This document shows, piece after piece, positions 17,164-25,288 of a stretch of DNA of 64,000 nucleotides. The notes under the pieces are model-generated. The model ran no database searches and was not told where the DNA came from. It saw only the letters and a program-made list of their open reading frames with translations. Both the position numbers and the translations under genes were made by a program. Position 1 is the stretch's first letter. The number at the start of each line of letters is the position of its first letter. Where the stretch lies: the IMG/VR virus record IMGVR_UViG_3300007351_000002. One strand, 5' to 3'. The DNA is from a virus.

Positions 17164-17781
17164 TTATTCCTTTATATATTTCATAATGTCATCTAAAACT
17201 TCATCTGCCAAACCTATTTTAACAACTTCTTCTGCCGTATATATTTTATCTATAGTACAAAGCTTCTCTATTTGAGAAGTAGTTATTTTTGGATTTTTTA
17301 TTTTCATTTTTTCTCTATAGATGTTATACATTGTCAATCTGTCCATTTCAGATCTTTTTGCCCACACTTCGACATTTTTAGCATGACCAGAAAGATTCGT
17401 TGATCCGTCGTGTATAACAAATTCGCAATTTTGTGATATAACTCTTAAATCTGCTGCCTGTATTATTATAGACGCCATACTTGAACAATTACCAACAGCC
17501 ACTATAGTTATATAACATTTTGATGATTTTATAGTGTCGAATATGGCCATTCCATGCGACCACTCTCCACCTATATTATTCATTATTATAGTTATTGGCT
17601 TTTCTGATATAGAATTAAGATATGTTATGCTTTTTATTATTTTTTCTGCCATAGAAAAATCTGTACCAGATTCACTACCGTCTTCTTCTTCGAATAGTGA
17701 ACCCATATAGACCATTCTTTTTGGGACGAATACGCCATAATCAAAATATCTATCTAAATCATCCTTTGAATAACGCGACAT
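17164..17781 (-). CDS. ClpP-like serine protease (S14 family)
   Basis: IIMNNIGGEWSHGMAIFDTI, GNCSSMASIIIQA (Ser) and FVIHDGS (His) match the ClpP core motifs. A role as prohead protease cannot be excluded. Confidence 0.7.
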   Translation of the reverse strand: MSRYSKDDLDRYFDYGVFVPKRMVYMGSLFEEEDGSESGTDFSMAEKIIKSITYLNSISEKPITIIMNNIGGEWSHGMAIFDTIKSSKCYITIVAVGNCSSMASIIIQAADLRVISQNCEFVIHDGSTNLSGHAKNVEVWAKRSEMDRLTMYNIYREKMKIKNPKITTSQIEKLCTIDKIYTAEEVVKIGLADEVLDDIMKYIKE

Positions 17782-17783
17782 AT

Positions 17784-18797
17784 TTAAATCTCATTTAAAT
17801 ATAGTATATCAGATAACATCTGTTCTTTATTATTATAGGTATAATCGCCAAATTTTATTCCGTGATTTTCTAAAAATTCTCTAATTAAATCATGTATTTT
17901 AATTGCTTCATCTTCTGTATTATATCTTATACCATTTTCTTTATATCGTACAAGATTTAAAAAGAATATTTGTTCATATTCATACAGTCCCTCTAAGCTT
18001 CTTTTATAAAGCTTGCTCAATAATATATTTTTGTCATTTATATCTATATCTTTAGATGTTAATAAGCCGTATACATAGGATAGAAATGTTGGAGAATCTG
18101 ATATAACCATATTGCATTTATCTAACGCATCTCTTTCTCTTGAATTTTGAGATTCCCATATCATATATTGATCATGTATATTTGGATACTTATCGTATTT
18201 CTGTATGAATGATGTAGCATATTCTATCGGACAAAATGCTATACCATGAAATTCCGTATTTATTTTATTTGTTAGCCATTGTGCTGTACTTGTTTTTCCG
18301 CTAGATGGAGCACCACAAATTGCTATCTTTCTTTTGAAATAATCCCACGCGGATAATGGGCAGGTTGCAAATTTCCTGCCTGTAAAAAAATCTTCAAGTG
18401 ATGGAAGTGTAATACCATCTAAAGATTCGACTTCAACAATTAATATATTGATTGGATGCGAAACAATATCTACAGTTACAATAAATTTGTTATTCTCTTT
18501 ATGAAGTATACGTCTTTTTTTATTTACAATAAGTTTAGTTTTATTTCTTAGAAGATTAAAAGAAGGCCAATCTATTTTTGTAGAAGTTTCCTCTCTGCCT
18601 TCTTCTTTTTTGTTATCTGATTTATTTTCTAAAAGATAATTATTTTCTAAATGTCTTAATCTCAGATTTTTATTTAAATAATAATCGTTTATATAAGTAG
18701 TAGTCATTTCATTACTAGAGTATGACGGAAATACTTTTGCTAAATTATCTATATCAATTGATCTAAACACATATGATCGTTCTTTTTCTATAAACAT
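17784..18797 (-). CDS. two-domain protein: uncertain N-domain (possibly CYTH-like) plus a P-loop NadR/ribosylnicotinamide-kinase-like ATPase
   Basis: Walker A ICGAPSSGKTSTAQWL with an AAA_28/NadR-like context. The N-terminal 'IEKER' and 'LIVEVE' strands only loosely resemble CYTH motifs. Confidence 0.5.
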   Translation of the reverse strand: MFIEKERSYVFRSIDIDNLAKVFPSYSSNEMTTTYINDYYLNKNLRLRHLENNYLLENKSDNKKEEGREETSTKIDWPSFNLLRNKTKLIVNKKRRILHKENNKFIVTVDIVSHPINILIVEVESLDGITLPSLEDFFTGRKFATCPLSAWDYFKRKIAICGAPSSGKTSTAQWLTNKINTEFHGIAFCPIEYATSFIQKYDKYPNIHDQYMIWESQNSRERDALDKCNMVISDSPTFLSYVYGLLTSKDIDINDKNILLSKLYKRSLEGLYEYEQIFFLNLVRYKENGIRYNTEDEAIKIHDLIREFLENHGIKFGDYTYNNKEQMLSDILYLNEI

Positions 18798-19009
18798 TTA
18801 ATTTCTTTCAAGAAAAGAGATAGATCGCACCATTCACATTTTTTGTTTTTATTAGAATCGCACATAGGGCAAATCCATTTGAAATTGTTTGTATATATGT
18901 ATATAGTTAATATTTTATAAATACAATCTTCACATATAAACATATTTCCACAAATTACTTTTCCGCAATTGTCATCTTTGTTATTTAGACATGTTACGCA
19001 ATTCTGCAT
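18788..19009 (-). CDS. Cys-rich zinc-binding protein (four CxxC pairs)
   Basis: CVTC, CEDC, CPMC and CEWC pairs within 73 aa. Confidence 0.5.
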   Translation of the reverse strand: MQNCVTCLNNKDDNCGKVICGNMFICEDCIYKILTIYIYTNNFKWICPMCDSNKNKKCEWCDLSLFLKEIKCL

Positions 19010-19343
19010 TTATAATCTTTCTTAATTTTTCTACAACGATCATATAATGGTTATGACATAATTCTATATAGTCTTTAACATTCCATTCTTCGTCTGTTAT
19101 TGCTGGTTCGCTTGATATTAATTCTGTCAAATCCGGTCTTAAATAATATAGTTTAAGTTGAATTTCTTTCTGTCTTTTTTCTGATGGATAATCAAATATT
19201 ACTCTTTTTCCATTATCAAATACTACCCTTCCATCTAATCCGTCTTTCATCTTAGAAGCATTTTTGATACTATCTTTAGCACATGTCTTTATTATTTCAA
19301 TCCAACAATCAAGCAATAGTTGAATCTCTTTAAAATTATCCAT
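18981..19343 (-). CDS. hypothetical protein (120 aa)
   Basis: ORF in the minus-strand cassette. Confidence 0.5.
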   Translation of the reverse strand: MDNFKEIQLLLDCWIEIIKTCAKDSIKNASKMKDGLDGRVVFDNGKRVIFDYPSEKRQKEIQLKLYYLRPDLTELISSEPAITDEEWNVKDYIELCHNHYMIVVEKLRKIINAELRNMSK

Positions 19344-20028
19344 TTATTATTTCCTCTATTTTATCTATATAATATTGACTACAATCTATTCCAGTACAAT
19401 TTCTGTTCAATCTTTTGCATACTATAGCTGTTGTGCCAGACCCGATGAATGGGTCTAGAACAGACGCACCCTCTTTAGAATGCCCTAGTATTATACGTTC
19501 CATAAGTGCCTCCGGATGTTGGGTGCAATGAAATTTTCTTTTTTCTTTAAAGGTTCCACATATTCTAGAAAAATCCCACACATTATCCGGCATTTTACCA
19601 CCACTAGCAGCCCTTTTGTCACCGTACTTTTCTTGTCTAGCAGATGGTATTTTAATATTTTCAGGATAAATTGTATCTTTATGTAACCAATATATTGGTC
19701 TAATAGAAGGAGTGTATCTTGTTTTATTTGCTTGACCGAAAGTATATCTCCAATAAAGTCTTTGTATTAAATTTACTTCTTCTTCTAATATTAAATTTTC
19801 AATAATTGGAGTCCATTTAGCGGCGAAACTTACAAAAACCGGACCATCACACATAGTACATGATTTTAATATCCAGTGTTTTAGTAATGTTATATATGCA
19901 CCATCTTTTAAGTTATCATTATAATTTTCGTATTTCCTTCCTTCGTTATCGGGTGGATCAAGAAATATTAAATCAAATCTTTGATACGTGATATATTCTT
20001 CGAATTTACTGCATATTAGATTAATCAA
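19336..20028 (-). CDS. DNA methyltransferase (N4/N6 MTase, beta-class motif order)
   Basis: Motif IV region FLDPPDN lies N-terminal and AdoMet motif I VLDPFIGSGTTAIV lies C-terminal. Motif IV reads DPPD rather than DPPY/F. Confidence 0.75.
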   Translation of the reverse strand: MINLICSKFEEYITYQRFDLIFLDPPDNEGRKYENYNDNLKDGAYITLLKHWILKSCTMCDGPVFVSFAAKWTPIIENLILEEEVNLIQRLYWRYTFGQANKTRYTPSIRPIYWLHKDTIYPENIKIPSARQEKYGDKRAASGGKMPDNVWDFSRICGTFKEKRKFHCTQHPEALMERIILGHSKEGASVLDPFIGSGTTAIVCKRLNRNCTGIDCSQYYIDKIEEIING

Positions 20029-20353
20029 GTATAATTTTCCTTTTTAAATTTTTACTTTTAATTTCGTGGCTATCTCCATCGGGATTTAAAATTCTTTTTT
20101 CTAGTTCATTTATCGGTTTTTTATTTTTATCTGTTAGTTTTCTTTTACTTATACTTTTTAAATATTCCATACCATGTGGGTGTACGCATTCAGAATACTT
20201 TGATTCAAAAAATATGAAAGCTAATTCTGCTTTTTTCTTAGTTTTATAATCTCCCATTACAAATTTTTCATTTGTACTGTAATCTATAAAAATTATTGAA
20301 TACGGCTGATAATATGGAAGTGAATTCTTTACTATTTCTAATTTTCCAGCCAT
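20021..20353 (-). CDS. hypothetical protein (110 aa), first gene of the minus-strand cassette
   Basis: ORF adjacent to the divergent intergenic region 20354-20452. Confidence 0.5.
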   Translation of the reverse strand: MAGKLEIVKNSLPYYQPYSIIFIDYSTNEKFVMGDYKTKKKAELAFIFFESKYSECVHPHGMEYLKSISKRKLTDKNKKPINELEKRILNPDGDSHEIKSKNLKRKIILD

Positions 20354-20564
20354 ACAATATTATAACTATTTTTATATTTTTTTTCTTTTTAAGAAAATAA
20401 ATACATTTGTCAGCTATAATAAGTTATGGGACTTAGTGTATAAAGCTTTATTATGAATATTAAATTTGGGTTAAAAATTAAAGAAACTGCTAGACTTTGT
20501 GCTAAGGCTATGAAAGATTTCGTTATGAAAGATCCAGAACGGGAAGATGCTATTGAGGAAATAA

Positions 20565-21125
20565 TTGCAAATGCGAAAAACAACGAAGGTATCGCAGGAA
20601 CTGATAGATCTGGCGACTCCAATAATAAATAAATTAGCCAAGCAAAGAAAGAATAAACATACTTTTGCATATTTTGAATCAGAAGATATATTTCAAGAAA
20701 TATGGCTTTTATGTTTAGATGCACTAGAAAGATATGATCCAAAATGTGGAAAATTGGAGAATTTTTTAAGCAAACATCTTTCGCATAGAATAACTAATTT
20801 AAAAAGAGATAAATATTTTAGACCAGAGAAAGATCCAGATTTATCCAAAAGAACATGGAATAGAATAAACATAATAAATGCAATTCCTATTGGACATAAT
20901 GACATATCTAATTCATCTAAATCAACATATAATTCACTTAATCAAAAAGATCCATTAGATGTATGCATAACTATAGAATTAAAAGAATTTATTATTAATA
21001 AATTACCAAAAGATATGATTAAAAATTTTGAATTGCTTATGAATGGAGAAAGATTAAAAAAAAGAATACTTACTCCATTAAGAGAAAAATTGCTTGAAAT
21101 AATAGACGAATACAATGTCAGTTAA
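20565..21125 (+). CDS. sigma-70-family-like (ECF/phage-type) transcription factor
   Basis: DIFQEIWLLCLDALERYDP...FLSKHLSHRITNLKRDKY resembles sigma region 2. At 186 aa, the size is typical of phage-encoded sigmas. Confidence 0.45.
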   Translation: MQMRKTTKVSQELIDLATPIINKLAKQRKNKHTFAYFESEDIFQEIWLLCLDALERYDPKCGKLENFLSKHLSHRITNLKRDKYFRPEKDPDLSKRTWNRINIINAIPIGHNDISNSSKSTYNSLNQKDPLDVCITIELKEFIINKLPKDMIKNFELLMNGERLKKRILTPLREKLLEIIDEYNVS

Positions 21126-22032
21126 AAGCAAACAACTTCCTAAAAATCCAGATGCTGTTAAGATATTGATAGAAATGTCAGATCAAGGATCTACATCTGA
21201 AAAAATAAGGGATAGATTAGAACAAGAATTTGGATATAAATGGAGTATAGAGACAATAAGGAGATGTAGACAAAAATTTACTTCTGATAAACAAATAAAT
21301 AAAGGAATTAAAAATAGCACCAACCCAACATTGTCTGTACCTCCACCGGGATTTGATGAGGTAGAAAAAGCACAATGGTTTAGAGATCAATTTAAAAAAA
21401 GTCATTTATTTAAAACTCTTAAAAATCAATTTACACAAGAAGAAATATCTGGATACCTAGAAGAATATGGAAATCTTTGTTGTCAATTCGAGGACATAGT
21501 ATTTAGTGAATTTTTTCAAATAGATGATTTTTTGAAACATCGCATTCTTATTAATAGACAATTAGATTTTATGAAAACTTTACAAGAAGATGTTACCGAA
21601 CTCACAAAGTGGTTCATTGATAATCCAGTTAAACCAGATGAATCTCAAGAAGCAAAAATGCAAAGAGCGTCAAGTTTTCAAAAAATAGATCAGGCCAGAA
21701 CCAGTTTAAATAAGGCTAGCGAAAGATACGATAAATTGGTAGCAGAAAGACAAAAGATATATCAAAATCTTGCTGCAACCAGAAAAGATAGAATAGAAGA
21801 ATTAAGAGGTGGAAAAGAATCTTTTTTTAGTTTAGTAGCGGCATTGCAATCGTCAGAAGCAGAAAGAGATAAACAGGGCAAATATGCGGTACTAACAAAA
21901 CTTGCGTCAGAAGATATTAAAAGGGTGTTTAGAGAAAAGGTAGAATTGGCAGACGGATCAAAGGAGCCCCTATTAATGGATAGTGAAACATTCCTGGACG
22001 AAAAAGAGGACGAAGATGAGCAAACTGAGTAA
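21115..22032 (+). CDS. putative terminase small subunit / DNA-binding packaging protein
   Basis: N-terminal HTH-like segment, a coiled-coil middle and an acidic tail. Lies upstream of TerL. Assignment is from position only. Confidence 0.35.
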   Translation: MSVKSKQLPKNPDAVKILIEMSDQGSTSEKIRDRLEQEFGYKWSIETIRRCRQKFTSDKQINKGIKNSTNPTLSVPPPGFDEVEKAQWFRDQFKKSHLFKTLKNQFTQEEISGYLEEYGNLCCQFEDIVFSEFFQIDDFLKHRILINRQLDFMKTLQEDVTELTKWFIDNPVKPDESQEAKMQRASSFQKIDQARTSLNKASERYDKLVAERQKIYQNLAATRKDRIEELRGGKESFFSLVAALQSSEAERDKQGKYAVLTKLASEDIKRVFREKVELADGSKEPLLMDSETFLDEKEDEDEQTE

Positions 22033-22657
22033 TTTAGTAGGACAAAAATTTAATAGATTAACTGTAATGAGATTTGAAGGCAAAAATAAAAATAGACAAT
22101 CAATATATTTATGTAAATGTGATTGTGGTAAAGAATTAATGGTCCTGGGTTATACTTTAAAAAATAATCACACAAAAAGTTGTGGTTGTCTTAAATTACA
22201 AAAATTAACTAGGCATGGTTATAGCAGATCAAAAATATATAATGTTTGGCACGACATTGTTCAACGGTGTAATAATAAAAATAATTGTAATTACAAGTAT
22301 TATGGTGGTCGCGGTGTTTCTGTTTGTGACCGATGGCTTAAGTTCGAAAATTTTCTTGAAGACATGGGAGAACCGCCAACGAACAAGCATGAAATAGATA
22401 GAATTGAAAATGACTTAGGATACCATAAAGAAAATTGTAGATGGGCGACTCGAAAAAATAACAATAGGAACAAAAGTAATAATAGATTAATTCATTTTCA
22501 AAATAAAGATTGGTGTTTTGCAGAATTAGCAGAAGTTTATAATATTTGTCCGAATACATTAAGACACAGGCTTAATAAGGGTTTATCAATAGAACAATCT
22601 ATTTTAATGAATTCGCAGCAAGGTAAAAGATTAAAAGAAGAGTCAAATAATGTCTAG
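22016..22657 (+). CDS. HNH-like homing-endonuclease family protein (paralog B)
   Basis: Same motifs as 14404-15006 (YGGRGVSVCDRW, IDRIENDLGYHKENCRWATRKNNNRN). Start moved to the ATG at 22016 by alignment with its paralogs. Inserted between the terS candidate and ERCC4/TerL. Confidence 0.6.
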   Translation: MSKLSNLVGQKFNRLTVMRFEGKNKNRQSIYLCKCDCGKELMVLGYTLKNNHTKSCGCLKLQKLTRHGYSRSKIYNVWHDIVQRCNNKNNCNYKYYGGRGVSVCDRWLKFENFLEDMGEPPTNKHEIDRIENDLGYHKENCRWATRKNNNRNKSNNRLIHFQNKDWCFAELAEVYNICPNTLRHRLNKGLSIEQSILMNSQQGKRLKEESNNV

Positions 22658-23153
22658 ATTAATATTGCCATCATATAGTGTGATCAGAGACAGTAGAGAG
22701 AAGGATGGTTTTGGCTGGATTTTTGAAAAGCAATTGGATACCAAGAAGCCTCCGAGATGTAATGGGACTATAGTTCAAAAATTGGATACGGGCGATTATA
22801 GTGTTGTTGGTTATGAAGATTTAATCTGCATAGAAAGAAAAGACGATTACGGAGAATTGTGGGTTAATTACAGTAATAGGGCTACATTCGAAGAAGAAAT
22901 GGAAAGAATGTCTAATATAAAGTATAGATACATTCTTATTGAATCAATTTTAACAAAAGATCATTTAGATCTATCTCCGTGTCAATTTACCAGAAGTGTT
23001 CCGGGAAAAGCCCTAATCTCATGGTTAGCCTCATTATCTATAAAATATGGAGTACATATAATACCAGTTGGTTCATGCGGTATGGCATATGCTCAACTTT
23101 TGTTTCAAAATATACTCAAGATAGAAAAAGATAGATGGGTATTGCAAAATTAA
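22650..23153 (+). CDS. ERCC4-type (XPF/Mus81-like) nuclease domain protein
   Basis: GDYSVVGYEDLICIERKDDYGEL matches the GDx(n)ERKx3D signature. Confidence 0.6.
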   Translation: MSRLILPSYSVIRDSREKDGFGWIFEKQLDTKKPPRCNGTIVQKLDTGDYSVVGYEDLICIERKDDYGELWVNYSNRATFEEEMERMSNIKYRYILIESILTKDHLDLSPCQFTRSVPGKALISWLASLSIKYGVHIIPVGSCGMAYAQLLFQNILKIEKDRWVLQN

Positions 23154-25249
23154 AAAATAAAGAATCGTCTTTGGCACTTCACGATATTCTTAACACCGAC
23201 GAAGGTTATTATGGTTATTTGTTTCCATACAGGAAAAAGGTGCCAAAAGTAACGAAACATATATTTACTGATCTAAAAATATCAAAGAAAAAAGTTGACC
23301 AATTTATAGTAGATAAAATGCTGGACATAGACTATATAGGGTGGACTGCAAAAGTTGTTCTTGGCTTAGATTTATTTCCAATACAGATAGCGGTTTTGCA
23401 AACTTTATGGAAAACTCCTTTTCCTTTATTTATAGCATCTCGTGGAGGAAGTAAAAGTTTTACGTTAGCCGTCTACGCTGTTTTAAAGGCTCTTTTAGAC
23501 CCCGGTGCTAAGATAGTTATTGTTGGTGCGGGTTTAAGACAGGCTAAATTAGTTTTTGCTTATATAGAAAATATATGGAATTCCGCTCCTGTATTGAGAA
23601 GTATAGTTGGCGGCGGGAAGAATGCTGGACCAAGACAAAATGTTGATTTGTGTTATTTTAAGATTGGTCCATCAATTATACAGGCTCTTCCAATGGGTGA
23701 TGGGTCAAAAATAAGAGGATTTAGAGCAACGTGCATTATTGCAGATGAATTTGCATCAATCCCAGAAGATATTTTTGATGTAGTTGTAAGAGGTTTTACG
23801 GCCACAACAAAAACTCCTGTAGATGAAGCAAGAAGACTTGCTATAGAAAAGAAAATAGAAGAACTTGGTATTCCTAATAATTTAAAAGGTGATTTTGTTA
23901 AAAAACCAAAAGGTAATCAGATTATATATTCTGGAACAGCTTATTATCAATTTAATCACTTTGCTAAAAAATTTGATATGTGGAAAGACATTATATCGAG
24001 CAAGGGAGATATGGATAAAATAGCAGAAATATTTGGTGGTAAAAATAATATTCCAGATAATTTTGATCCAAATGATTATGCATTAATAAGATTACCTAGC
24101 AATTATTTACCAGATGGATTGTTAGATAAAAGGCAATTGGCACATGCAAAAGCTACTTTACCCAAAAATATATATGATATGGAATACAATGCAATATTCA
24201 TAAAGGATTCGGATGGATATTTTCCAAGATCATTAATAGAATCATGCACAATTAAACCTTCTAGTTATATCGTTACACCAGACGGAGAAGTTTCTTTTAC
24301 TCCAATGATGAGGGGTATTAAAGGTAGAAGATATGTAATAGGGATAGATCCCGGTGCAGAAAGGGATAGATTGGCTATAACAATTTTAGAAGGGTGGAAA
24401 AATCATTATAGAGTAGTTTATTGTTGGTCAACTAATAAAGATGAATTTAATAAATGTAAAAAACAAGGATTTACTAAAGAACATGATTATTATGCCTATT
24501 GCTGTGCAAAAATAAGAGTATTAGTCAATTTGTTTAATCCTATTAGGATAGAGATGGATAGTCAAGGTGGGGGCTATCCTATTTCTGAAATGTTAAGAAC
24601 TAAAAAAGGATTAGATGGGGAAAAGGGAGAGTTTCCTATATATGAAGTTGTAGATCCAGAAAATATAAAAGAATTTGATGGCGAATCTGATGGTCCGCAT
24701 ATATTGAGTCTAGTTCAACAATCTAATGAATTTAACGCTTATGCTAATGGCATTCTTCATAAAAGTTTAGAAACACAAAGGCTTTTATTTCCAGCATTCG
24801 ATACTGTTATAATGCAAGCCGCACTTATTGCAGAAAAATCGTTAGATATTAATAGTGATACTTATGAAGAATGTGTCTATAACATAGAAGAACTTAAAAA
24901 TGAATTATGTACAATACAAAGAACCGAAACCACTACAGGCAAAGAAAGATTTGATACTCCTACAAGTGTAACTTCAGCTATAGTAGAAGGCAGATATAAA
25001 AAAGGAAGATTAAGAAAAGATAGATATACGAGTTTATTGTTGGCACACAAATATATATATTCAGTAGATGTTACTCCTGAAAGCGGCATTGATTATAATA
25101 ATGTTGCCGGTAATTTTAAGAAAGTAAAAAATCTCGATCCAAATATGGCACTATATCATGGTCCGGGTATAGCGGGTTTCACTAATGCCGAAGAATGGAT
25201 GCGTTCAACTAAAACAAAGAATGCATTACAAAATGGTGACATAATTTAA
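23135..25249 (+). CDS. terL: terminase large subunit
   Basis: Walker A (ASRGGSKSFT), Walker B (CIIADEFASI) and a C-terminal RNase H-like nuclease region (VIGIDPGAERD). Followed by the portal gene. Confidence 0.85.
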   Translation: MGIAKLKNKESSLALHDILNTDEGYYGYLFPYRKKVPKVTKHIFTDLKISKKKVDQFIVDKMLDIDYIGWTAKVVLGLDLFPIQIAVLQTLWKTPFPLFIASRGGSKSFTLAVYAVLKALLDPGAKIVIVGAGLRQAKLVFAYIENIWNSAPVLRSIVGGGKNAGPRQNVDLCYFKIGPSIIQALPMGDGSKIRGFRATCIIADEFASIPEDIFDVVVRGFTATTKTPVDEARRLAIEKKIEELGIPNNLKGDFVKKPKGNQIIYSGTAYYQFNHFAKKFDMWKDIISSKGDMDKIAEIFGGKNNIPDNFDPNDYALIRLPSNYLPDGLLDKRQLAHAKATLPKNIYDMEYNAIFIKDSDGYFPRSLIESCTIKPSSYIVTPDGEVSFTPMMRGIKGRRYVIGIDPGAERDRLAITILEGWKNHYRVVYCWSTNKDEFNKCKKQGFTKEHDYYAYCCAKIRVLVNLFNPIRIEMDSQGGGYPISEMLRTKKGLDGEKGEFPIYEVVDPENIKEFDGESDGPHILSLVQQSNEFNAYANGILHKSLETQRLLFPAFDTVIMQAALIAEKSLDINSDTYEECVYNIEELKNELCTIQRTETTTGKERFDTPTSVTSAIVEGRYKKGRLRKDRYTSLLLAHKYIYSVDVTPESGIDYNNVAGNFKKVKNLDPNMALYHGPGIAGFTNAEEWMRSTKTKNALQNGDII

Positions 25250-25252
25250 TAT

Positions 25253-25262
25253 TGTGTATAAA
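25253..25262 (+). promoter_or_regulatory. conserved TGTGTATAAA element (candidate phage middle/late promoter)
   Basis: Exact 10-mer in the intergenic region upstream of the portal gene. One of five exact intergenic + strand copies. Confidence 0.45.
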
Positions 25263-25288
25263 CAGTTGGATTATAATGCGATTACTAT

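Noticed and set aside
17164-17781. Calling the ClpP-like gene the prohead maturation protease.
   Set aside because: S14-type proteases do serve that role in some phages. This gene, however, is on the opposite strand, 7.5 kb away from the portal-scaffold-capsid string, and embedded among non-structural enzymes. I left the role open rather than assigning it.
20410-20742. Minus-strand 110-aa ORF across the divergent intergenic region and the start of the sigma-like gene. Other short antisense ORFs fall in the same class (20693-20905, 21217-21405, 22215-22559, 24877-25089, 25858-26277, 26917-27246, 28902-29444, 30845-31039, 32318-32560, 33492-34265, 35855-36076, 36987-37214, 41454-42249, 42617-42808, 43292-44384, 45398-45586, 47683-47919, 49643-49909, 58628-58816, 60557-61150, 62668-63445).
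   Set aside because: All are embedded antisense or out of frame in longer, better-supported genes. Their translations are dominated by Ile/Phe/Leu/Ser/Lys from AT-rich shadow frames.
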